64,000 nt of DNA from Flectonema sp. DT1601 (taxonomy: Eukaryota), in contig OZ025780.1 in NCBI GenBank assembly GCA_964019425.1, forward strand, positions 248,001 to 312,000, in the 5' to 3' direction. The first letter of the stretch is position 1, and each line of letters begins with the position of its first letter. Of this stretch, positions 33,638-43,708 are shown piece by piece. The position numbers were made by a program, and so were the translations under genes. The notes under the pieces were generated by a model. That model was not told the DNA's origin. It ran no database searches and saw only the letters and a program-made list of their open reading frames with translations.

Positions 33638-34153
33638 ACACATCGCAAGTTAAGAAAGCCCTAGTGTGACCCGCAAACCTGCAAACCTGCAAACTAGTGT
33701 CCTCCTTTCGTGATTTGCATCAGGTCGGCCCGAAGGAAGTTGGTTCAGTTGTGATCCATGCATCAACTCAAGTTGCCCGGCCATCACATCCAGGTCTCGC
33801 TGATACCTTCACCTCCGACTCCCAATGCCCTGGCGAGCTATCTCCCGGCAGGGAAGACTCACGTAGCGCGTCAGTCCGCGAACATGTCACAGATACTGGG
33901 GGCCGGATTGTAGTGCCGTTATGCCCTGCGTTTCCCACACGACCAAAGGCTGTGCTGGATCCGCAGATGAAGTACAAAATACCTGAACCTCCGCCACCGC
34001 CAAGGGCGAGGGTGATGGGTGAAGGTATTGACTCGGGTGCGCCGGATGTTTTTATGACGTACCCAGGACTGGTGACTGTGGCTGCTGAATGGCAACAAAT
34101 CTCACCTCCGACCGATAGAGAGGCAGGTATGTTGGCTTCGATTTCGAAGGCCC

Positions 34154-34462
34154 GTGGCCCAAGATGACGGCAAGAGTTGGTTTTACCAGTTCCCGCTAGG
34201 GCAGGGAATCGACGACTACTTCGGGGTGAATCTGAGTGGTGCGAGGGGTCCGTTCGTGCGTGCGAAGCTGCGGGCTCTGTGCATGGGATGGAGTTGGGCA
34301 CCTTGCATCGCCCATCGCTCGGCGATGGTTCTGCTTCCGGGGTCTGACGGGGTGGCGTGGGTGGACAACTTCTTTGTGGTGGGTGATTCGAAGGAGGAGA
34401 CTGCTCAGCGTTATTCAAGCTTCAAGGGAAGGGCGGGTTTACATGGGTGCACATCTGGGTGA
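34154..34462 (+). pseudogene. Reverse transcriptase fragment resembling tyrosine-recombinase retrotransposons (TATE/VIPER/DIRS-like)
   Basis: DGKSWFYQFPL...F...LCMGWSWAP.IAH...VAWVDNFFVVG matches RT motifs D..xxF.Q, LP.G...SP and [YW]xDN. Truncated and frameshifted. Confidence 0.65.
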
Positions 34463-34639
34463 CGCTGAGGACTTTGGCGTACGCTGGCCTTTGTAAGGCG
34501 ATCGGGGAGGGTATTGGCCGCGGAGCCGTGCAAGTGGGACGAATCGTTCTCGCTAAGTTCGGCAGTTTTGTGAGTTGTTGGATGTTTTGGATGTGCTTCG
34601 GCCTGGGTTTTGGCTCCCCGACTGTCCCGAGGTGACTGC

Positions 34640-35310
34640 ATGGTCAGATGCGTCAGAGCACACCTAACCCTTCTAAAATGGTGGCGACTCTTCGTTGCGG
34701 GGTTCCTCTGTGGCTGTGTCTTCTTCTCTGCTTTCCCTTTCTTCCCCCACATAGCCCGCAGAAAAGGCGGGACGGCGGGCGCCACAAAGTGGGCATCCTC
34801 CATCTCCTGCGCGCTCGTCCAGCCTCCCGTCACCCCCTCTCTCAGCACTTCCAGACGAGCCACGTTCACCTTCGCTAAGTCGGCCAGCAGCCGTTCCGCG
34901 TCCTCCAGGCTTTTCCGTTTTTCCAGCTCGAGCTGGGCCTGCAGCGAAGACACTTCCACGTGGGCCCAAGCCGGCTTGGGCCCGCACCGCGTCCACCTCC
35001 CTCCCTGCTTGTGCTTGCGTTACCGCTGCGCCGGCTTGGGCCCAAGCCGAGTCCACCTCGCGACCAGCTTGCGCGTGCGTGATCGCTTGGGCCGCCATGG
35101 GCTGCGTGGCAGCTATTGCAGGGTTCCCCTGCGGTCTCCGGCCGCTACCACCTCCGTGGCCATCGCCCGCGTCTCCGCGGAGTACGCTGCCATTGCAGCT
35201 TGGGCAACGAACGCCATCTCGTTCGTTGGTGTTGCTTGTCCTCTTCCGGCCCCTGGGGTGAGGGCTACGACGGTGTTTGGGTCGACGCCAGACATTTTTG
35301 TTGATCGCAG
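34640..35310 (-). pseudogene. GC-rich frameshifted ORF remnant (Ala-rich/coiled coil), possibly gag-like part of a retroelement
   Basis: Pieces in different frames (MSGVDPN...; AQAGREVD x2; LQAQLELEKRKSLEDAERLL) and an internal ~60-bp direct repeat. No diagnostic motif. Confidence 0.3.
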
Positions 35311-35956
35311 CTAGTTTTACTGGCGCACAGGGAAATAGATAACATGACATAATAAATAACGGCACTTAATCTGAATAGTTTCTTCTCCGACTTCGTCGGT
35401 GCAAAAAAAAAAAAAAAAAAAAAACCTGCGAACGCAGTGTCCCGTTTCCACCTTCACACCGGCCTAATTTTAAATGTTGGTAACCCTTTGGGGTCAGATA
35501 CTTCATCAAGTGGCGAATCGGGGCGATGGGTTATCTAACAATTGCTCTTGAATTAATTCAAGAGCTGTGAACATGGGTTCCTAGCAAGAAGATCGGTGCG
35601 GTCGAAGTTATCTCGCATCCGAACTAGACGCTGTGCTTGCCCTTGCTGGCACCCTGGGTGGTTAACTGTTACCTACATACAGTATGTAGGGGCTTGCTAC
35701 GCAACTCGTCTCTCCCCTGTCTTTGCGGGTTTGACGGGGCATCGGGGACAAGGCAACCCGCAACATGGTTCGCACTTTCCACACATAAACCCCTGCACTC
35801 ACAACAACATCAAAATTGAAGAGGCGCAAGGAGTCATAAGAACTGAGCTTATTTTTGTCTTTGGTGGTGTTTTCTTCGTCCAAATTCCACCATGCCCACG
35901 TCGCATCAGGATAAAGGAATTCAAAATACACGTCTCCACGCTCTCATGCTCGGGAG

Positions 35957-36600
35957 CAGGTAATATCGCAGAGAAGTGTAAGTTCCTCAGTATTTCGGCA
36001 AAGTGATTGCATGAAAACACGACGAACAACAGGGGGGTCAACAGCATGCCATTCAAACCCTGGTTAGATTTTATTGGTAGGTGCGTCAGTAGTGTTGTGC
36101 CAACAAAGGCCCTTTGCTCCTGCATGCTGGTTTTAAATTTTCTTCCCCTCTGTGAGGCATAGGCCTCAGGGTTTTTCTTCATCAGCTGGAAAACTGATTA
36201 TCCGAAGAAAAACTCTGCAGCTCCGAGCTCCGACTTGCAACTCTGATCTTTAACGTTTCTTGGAAACGTGTTTTTATTATTGGTGACCCTTGTTACCTCC
36301 CTCCCGCAATAGTTTTTATTAAATGGTAAATTTTCCATTTGCTAAAGCTGGCCAAAACCAACTTGGGAAATGTGTTGGCCACAGTTCTGATGAGGATGCG
36401 CCAGTATTTGTTAATCCATCGTCGGTGTGCCCCGATTCGCCACTTGACGAAGTATCTGACCCAAATGGGCGCAACACGTAAGGAACATAAAAGACATCGC
36501 AATAATACCTCTCCCGTGAAATCGTTGTACTCAGAAATGCAAAATTTTAACTTAGCAAAAAAATATTTTTTTTCAGACTGATATATCAGCTCCGGTGGTG
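35957..36600 (-). pseudogene. piggyBac-like transposase remnant, second family (also 39024-39666; related piece near 32724-32750)
   Basis: FSCNHFAEILRNLHFS resembles the piggyBac MSRNRFE.ILR.LHF motif. A matching GGG-TTAA end lies at 42626-42632. Confidence 0.45.
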
Positions 36601-37612
36601 AGAGGGTGCCAAAAGTAGGGTACACTTTTGGGCCACGGGTATCTGACAGTCCCTAAGTGTGAACCCGACCACTTTTCACAAGATATTTTATACTCAAAAA
36701 ATGCAATTCCGTGTCTGGGAAGTGATTTTACTCATCGCTAGTTTCAAAATCCCATATTTCCTTCACTAAAGGCCCCTCTTTGTAGGCTAACAGCCTCTTT
36801 GTAGGCTAAGGCCTTTGGCAACTTGTAGAGATTGATCTTCACACTGAGGAATTCCGACGCCAGAACGCGATTTACGCTGAAAAAACACAAGACCCAGGTG
36901 ACAGTCTGGTGATCACCCTAGACTACAGCATTTCCAATGCCATCAGCAGGTACTTCGGACCCTTCAGAATACACACCCTTGTTTTCTGTCCTTCCCGAAG
37001 CAAACTGTAACAGTCTAAAATCTTTCTCTCTCTGGTATAACCAGTATCCTCACTTACCGAAAGACTAGTGATGGGAAGGTATTTATAGCCACATCCTCCG
37101 ATGAGAAGAAGCACTTCGAAATAGACCGGGGCACGGCCAGTACAAACTTCGAATGTACCGAAGGTTTCTAACAAACTTCCACTGACCCCTAATGGGAAGG
37201 CAATTATCGGGGATGCACATAACCCAGGTGGTGAAGAGAAGGCAGCCCAGATCGATGAAACCATCGTGGAGAATGAGTTGGTCAAGTCCATGAAGACCAA
37301 GAGGATACGCAAACTGGACCTCTTTACTAAGCTGCAAGAAGTTGAAGAGCAGAAGAAGAAGATAAAAAGAAAGGGGACACAGATACCCAAAAGGAAAAGA
37401 AAGCAGCGTCAGTGTAAGGGGTGCGGTGGGGTTGACCACGACTTGCGCAACTGCCTTAGATCAGAATTAGAAAGCAGCACCAGTAGCATCATTACCAGTA
37501 GTGACAGAATGTGTGCCAGTATCAGTAGTACCTGTGCTAGTAGCAGTACTTCCAGCACCCCCAGTGACGTGTAGCAATTAAGAACTTCAGCAAAATCAAT
37601 GGTTTTTATTAA

Positions 37613-38540
37613 CCCATTACAGGCAGGTAAAACCCGGTTTTTTGACTTTTTTTGAAAAAAGAGCTAACAGGGAAAAGGGGTAGGGGGGCTCGGAAAGGTG
37701 ATGTGACAAAGTGAGCCATTGCCTGCCCGTTAAAAATACACACACATTCACCACCTAAAGGGTGAACAGAACAAATGAAAACACCACCAAAGACAAAAAT
37801 AAGCTCAGTTCTTACGACTCCCTGCGCCTCTTCAATTTTGATGTTGTTGTGAGTGCAGGGGTCTTCCCCTTGTACATTCTTCCCGGGTAGCACCTCCCGA
37901 CACAGAGGTGGTGGTATGGGACGCAAATGTTCTCCCCTTTGTAAGATTTAAGTGGTATTTGCCAAAACAGGGTGCAGGACACATAAAAACCTTACACCCC
38001 TGGCATCCATAAGTAGTCCTCACTCGAGTATTGTGATACTTACATTGTTTAGCAGCGCCAAATATTGATGGATAGTGCTCAATGGTGCTGAACATGTGTG
38101 AAAAGTGCGAACCCGAGTTGCATAGCGAGCTCCTCTACATACCGCATGTAGGTACCAGTATCCTTACCGCATTTCTTTTGAAGGGTAAACGTGTTGAACA
38201 TTGAAACTTTCAGCAAGTAGTCGAAAACCTTTAGATGCCATCGTTTAGTTTGAAGGTTTCTGTTCGCCCTTCCCTTCACGCTATCCATCAGGTTAACACC
38301 TCCCATCGTTTTGGTGTACCTGTCTACTTGCACGGTAGTTTGATCGGCACTTTTTCTTTTTTATTTCTCTTCCTAATCCAGCGACATCGACACAGTGCTC
38401 ACATAAGGGAAGAGTACTGAAAAGATGCACATCCTTTAAGTCTCTCCACTTTATATGGTGGATGCCGTGCTTGACTGAAGGTAAGAAGCAGAAAGATTCT
38501 TCGGTCTTTCTTTCACTTCCGATTTGCTTAGTCGTCCCGG
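37613..38540 (-). mobile_element. Truncated copy of the piggyBac element at 40680-42337
   Basis: TTAA-CCCATTA end at 37609-37619 and the same transposase C-terminal fragments; cut at the duplication junction. Confidence 0.85.
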
Positions 38541-39666
38541 TTCAGTTGTGATCCATGCATCAACTCAAGTTGCCCGGCCATCACATCGTCCAGGTCTCGC
38601 TGATACCTTCACCTCCGACTCCCAATGCCCTGGCGAGCTATCTCCCGGCAGGGAAGACTCACGTAGCGCGTCAGTCCGCGAACACGTCACAGATACTGGG
38701 GGCCGGATTGTAGTGCCGTTATGCCCTGCGTTTCCCACACGACCAAAGGCTGTGCTGGATCCGCAGATGAAGTACAAAATACCTGAACCCCCGCCACCGC
38801 CAAGGGCGAGGGTGATGGGTGAAGGTATTGACTCGGGTGCGCCGGATGTTTTTATGACGTACCCAGGACTGGTGACTGTGGCTGCTGAATGGCAACAAAT
38901 CTCACCTCCGACCGATAGAGAGGCAGGTATGTTGGCTTCGATTTCGAAGGCCCGTGGCCCAAGATGACGGCAAGAGTTGGTTTTACCAGTTCCCGCTAGG
39001 GCAGGGAATCGACGACTACTGCGCAGGTAATATCGCAGAGAAGTGTAAGTTCCTCAGTATTTCGGCAAAGTGATTGCATGAAAACACGACGAACAACAGG
39101 GGGGTCAACAGCATGCCATTCAAACCCTGGTTAGATTTTATTGGTAGGTGCGTCAGTAGTGTTGTGCCAACAAAGGCCCTTTGCTCCTGCATGCTGGTTT
39201 TAAATTTTCTTCCCCTCTGTGAGGCATAGGCCTCAGGGTTTTTCTTCATCAGCTGGAAAACTGATTATCCGAAGAAAAACTCTGCAGCTCCGAGCTCCGA
39301 CTTGCAACTCTGATCTTTAACGTTTCTTGGAAACGTGTTTTTATTATTGGTGACCCTTGTTACCTCCCTCCCGCAATAGTTTTTATTAAATGGTAAATTT
39401 TCCATTTGCTAAAGCTGGCCAAAACCAACTTGGGAAATGTGTTGGCCACAGTTCTGATGAGGATGCGCCAGTATTTGTTAATCCATCGTCGGTGTGCCCC
39501 GATTCGCCACTTGACGAAGTATCTGACCCAAATGGGCGCAACACGTAAGGAACATAAAAGACATCGCAATAATACCTCTCCCGTGAAATCGTTGTACTCA
39601 GAAATGCAAAATTTTAACTTAGCAAAAAAATATTTTTTTTCAGACTGATATATCAGCTCCGGTGGT

Positions 39667-42602
39667 GAGAGGGTGCCAAAAGTAGGGTACACTTTTGGGC
39701 CACGGGTATCTGACAGTCCCTAAGTGTGAACCCGACCACTTTTCACAAGATATTTTATACTCAAAAAATGCAATTCCGTGTCTGGGAAGTGATTTTACTC
39801 ATCGCTAGTTTCAAAATCCCATATTTCCTTCACTAAAGGCCCCTCTTTGTAGGCTAACAGCCTCTTTGTAGGCTAAGGCCTTTGGCAACTTGTAGAGATT
39901 GATCTTCACACTGAGGAATTCCGACGCCAGAACGCGATTTACGCTGAAAAAACACAAGACCCAGGTGACAGTCTGGTGATCACCCTAGACTACAGCATTT
40001 CCAATGCCATCAGCAGGTACTTCGGACCCTTCAGAATACACACCCTTGTTTTCTGTCCTTCCCGAAGCAAACTGTAACAGTCTAAAATCTTTCTCTCTCT
40101 GGTATAACCAGTATCCTCACTTACCGAAAGACTAGTGATGGGAAGGTATTTATAGCCACATCCTCCGATGAGAAGAAGCACTTCGAAATAGACCGGGGCA
40201 CGGCCAGTACAAACTTCGAATGTACCGAAGGTTTCTAACAAACTTCCACTGACCCCTAATGGGAAGGCAATTATCGGGGATGCACATAACCCAGGTGGTG
40301 AAGAGAAGGCAGCCCAGATCGATGAAACCATCGAGGAGAATGAGTTGGTCAAGTCCATGAAGACCAAGAGGATACGCAAACTGGACCTCTTTACTAAGCT
40401 GCAAGAAGTTGAAGAGCAGAAGAAGAAGATAAAAAGAAAGGGGACACAGATACCCAAAAGGAAAAGAAAGCAGCGTCAGTGTAAGGGGTGCGGTGGGGTT
40501 GACCACGACTTGCGCAACTGCCTTAGATCAGAATTAGAAAGCAGCACCAGTAGCATCATTACCAGTAGTGACAGAATGTGTGCCAGTATCAGTAGTACCT
40601 GTGCTAGCAGCAGTACTTCCAGCACCCCCAGTGACGTGTAGCAATTAAGAACTTCAGCAAAATCAATGGTTTTTATTAACCCATTACAGGCAGGTAAAAC
40701 CCGGTTTTTTGACTTTTTTTGAAAAAAGAGCTAACAGGGAAAAGGGGTAGGGGGGCTCGGAAAGGTGATGTGACAAAGTGAGCCATTGCCTGCCCGTTAA
40801 AAATACACACACATTCACCACCTAAAGGGTGAACAGAACAAATGAAAACACCACCAAAGACAAAAATAAGCTCAGTTCTTACGACTCCCTGCGCCTCTTC
40901 AATTTTGATGTTGTTGTGAGTGCAGGGGGTCTTCCCCTTGTACATTCTTCCCGGGTAGCACCTCCCGACACAGAGGTGGTGGTATGGGACGCAAATGTTC
41001 TCCCCTTTGTAAGATTTAAGTGGTATTTGCCAAAACAGGGTGCAGGACACATAAAAACCTTACACCCCTGGCATCCATAAGTAGTCCTCACTCGAGTATT
41101 GTGATACTTACATTGTTTAGCAGCGCCAAATATTGATGGATAGTGCTCAATGGTGCTGAACATGTGTGAAAAGTGCGAACCCGAGTTGCATAGCGAGCTC
41201 CTCTACATACCGCATGTAGGTACCAGTATCCTTACCGCATTTCTTTTGAAGGGTAAACGTGTTGAACATTGAAACTTTCAGCAAGTAGTCGAAAACCTTT
41301 AGATGCCATCGTTTAGTTTGAAGGTTTCTGTTCGCCCTTCCCTTCACGCTATCCATCAGGTTAACACCTCCCATCGTTTTGGTGTACCTGTCTACTTGCA
41401 CGGTAGTTTGATCGGCACTTTTTCTTTTTTATTTCTCTTCCTAATCCAGCGACATCGACACAGTGCTCACATAAGGGAAGAGTACTGAAAAGATGCACAT
41501 CCTTTTAAGTCTCTCCACTTTATATGGTGGATGCCGTGCTTGACTGAAGGTAAGAAGCAGAAAGATTCTTCGGTCTTTCTTTCACTTCCGATTTGCTTAG
41601 TCGTCCCGGTCCAGACGACTCCTTCGGTTTTGTAACATCAACAGAACTCCCTTTCTGTTCCGTCAGGCTGTTCCAACACAGTGGAACCCTTTCGCTAACA
41701 TCAAAACAAGAAATGCGTATGACGAATTGAAATTGTCCCTTTATTATTATGGGGTTTAACAAGACTATGAACATAAGAAGCAGGAATGTGTTTGTTAGCA
41801 GTGTGGAAATTACGGAGAAAGTATTTCAGTTCACCAACTTCTAGTGACTTCATGGACGTCTCTTTGTCAATCGGGTAGGCAAGAGTGTGTCGAAATATCA
41901 TTTTAAGCACATGATCAGTGAAAATGAGTTGGATGCCTTCAATTCGCTCATTTCATTAAAGTCGCTCACACTCTGGGTAGGTCCTTTCCGTTTTTCCCTG
42001 GGGATTCTCTTGGTTTTGCCCCCCCACTTTGATACCTTTGCTGTGTTGCTGTCAGATGACGACTCCGATACAGAATCCATCATCATCAGACTTTCATAGG
42101 ACGCCGAACTTGTATCAATTTCAACAGGCACACGAAACTTCTTGTTAGGTGGTAAAATTTCGATTACTAGTTTTGAATTTCATGAATAAAAACACAGCGA
42201 ACCACGCCATCCCACCCAAGATTCGGCGCGAAACGGCCTCGATTACACCCCCCCTGGGTAGCGTTAGCCGGGTTTTCCCCTTAGCGAAAATAAAATTTCA
42301 AAATAACCACTGTAGTGGACCCCCCATCCTTAATGGGTTAAAAAAAAAGCACGTCATTGTATTATCAGTACTGCCTATTAAGCACCTGGTCGAACTTAGT
42401 ATCACTACCATTCTCCTTATACTACAGGTAAGCTCTTAGGGAAAATATGGAATTTTGAAACTAGCGATGAGTAAAATCACTTCCCAGACACGGAATTGCA
42501 TTTTTTGAGTATAAAATATCTTGTGAAAAGTGGTCGGATTCACATTTAGGGACCGTCAGATACCCGTGGCCCAAAATTGTACCCTACTTTTGGCACGTTC
42601 TC
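39667..42602 (+). mobile_element. Non-autonomous long-TIR (about 160 bp) Mutator/MULE-like element interrupted by a piggyBac; truncated copy starts at 36600
   Basis: 39667-39828 (gagagggtgccaaaagtagggtac...catatttc) is the diverged reverse complement of 42441-42602. An internal remnant encodes KRKQRQCKGCGGVDHDLRNC, a CCHC knuckle as at MULE transposase C-termini. Confidence 0.65.
40680..42337 (-). mobile_element. piggyBac-family DNA transposon, defective, with TTAA target-site duplication
   Basis: TTAA(40676-79) CCCATTA ... TAATGGG TTAA(42338-41); subterminal aaaacccgg/ccgggtttt. Fragments YTKTMGGVNLMD...RWHLKVFDYLL and Cys-rich tail CKYH...TTYGCQGCKVFMC.APCFGKYH; frameshifts. Confidence 0.9.
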
Positions 42603-42819
42603 TATTATCAGCTCCGGTGGTGTAAGGGTTAAAATAAAAAAAAATATGCAAAAATTGCTAGTTCGTAGCACATTACTAAATAAATTATGGTAGCGTTATC
42701 CAGAATTCAGTTAGAAAATCTGAAGGGGTTGCATAATCCAACAAACACACTCTGGGGGAGAAATTGCCCCACATTATGCGAAAGTCTTCGGCTCCCAGGC
42801 AGCAGGCAATTTTCCAGCA

Positions 42820-42930
42820 GAAATTCAGTTACAGCGACGCTTCTATGGCTGGCAAGTTCCAGTTAGATATAAGGGCGGCACCCTGTCACTTTGGATCGAT
42901 AACATGCCTGTCGTTGTGCACTTCGAAAGA
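42820..42930 (+). pseudogene. Possible RNase H remnant of a DIRS/TATE-type retroelement
   Basis: YSDASMAG in one frame and SLWIDNMPVV in another resemble the TDAS..G and DN..VV motifs; very short. Confidence 0.3.
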
Positions 42931-43510
42931 AGCTAATTAGCAGTTCTATCTTCTACAATATTCAAGAACCTTCAGCTTTGATGTTACCGGTCATGTCAGC
43001 TAACAATCCAGCTGGCATTCGGACTGCTCACTCACATGGCTTTCTGCCATGCTCAGCCGATAGCGGTCAACTTACCTCACTTTGTGAAACTTTGTGTTAC
43101 AATTGCCCCCCACTTCGGTCTCATGACTTCCTTCTGCCTTTTGCTACTGCCTATCGGAAGACCCCTACCGGTACTGATGATTATTGCTGTTGCTGTTGAT
43201 GCATCTGTTTGTTGTTGCAGTTGGGCCAAATTTGATGACTAGTGCTACTACAACAAGACGGATGCAGGCTCATTCTGTGTTGAAGTTGCTATCGTTTTAG
43301 ATAAAAATCCATAGGAGCTCACTAAGTCATTATTAATTTTAGTATAGAAAAGTGAGATAAAAAGAAAGGGATTATCAAGAGTGCCTCTCCAACCTCCTAC
43401 ATGCCAAATTATTTCAAAAAACAACTCATGTTGTGTACCTGACTGAAAAAAGTTTAATACACCTTGGTATTATCTCATAGGCACACTACTCACAATTAAT
43501 CCTCTGGGGT

Positions 43511-43605
43511 ACACACAACTACTATAAGACTCTCAAAGAGAAGGATAATTTGGCATTATGATGCCTTTGGGTGTTCCTTCATCCTGTCACAGAGGTGTTG
43601 TGCGC
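43511..43605 (-). promoter_or_regulatory. Candidate SECIS element in the selenoprotein 3' UTR
   Basis: Hand fold on - strand: helix I GCGCACAAC/GUUGUGUGU; core G-UGAC / UGAG; helix II AGGA(U)GAAGG/CCUUCUCUU; AA 11 nt after UGA; apical mini-helix GGCAU/AUGCC. The apical part is longer than canonical. Confidence 0.55.
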
Positions 43606-43708
43606 ACTAACGGTTTAATGTAAGTTGCGGAGAACTCGCAGAACAGATTCAGCCTGCGAGCTCCGTCTTTGGGATTCGATTCCCAGTTAGAAATACAGTC
43701 AAAGTTTA

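Larger units (their letters stand above)
35957..41608 (+). repeat. Near-identical duplication with 3067-bp offset (about 35957-38540 vs 39024-41608), separated by a copy (38539-39020) of 33742-34218
   Basis: Matching ORF pairs 36293/39360, 36923/39990 and 37609/40676; only scattered substitutions and 1-nt indels visible. Confidence 0.95.
32400..43300. mobile_element. Nest of decayed transposable elements at the convergence of the + and - gene arrays
   Basis: No intact host gene. Contains piggyBac, MULE-like and RT fragments, direct and inverted duplications, and a GC-rich block at about 33.7-35.3 kb. Confidence 0.85.

Noticed and set aside
33768..35365. Long overlapping ORFs on both strands in the GC-rich block as host genes
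   Set aside because: Expected from high GC in a decayed element; only the RT fragment carries motifs.
43540..43583. Alternative SECIS using the AUGA at 43579-43582
   Set aside because: Its GAAGGA pairs Watson-Crick with UCCUUC, leaving no opposing GA for the quartet; the GUGA register fits better.
43607..43690. True tRNA or tRNA-Sec gene
   Set aside because: No proper D-arm, only a 3-bp anticodon stem and wrong T-loop geometry; kept only as a low-interest structure.
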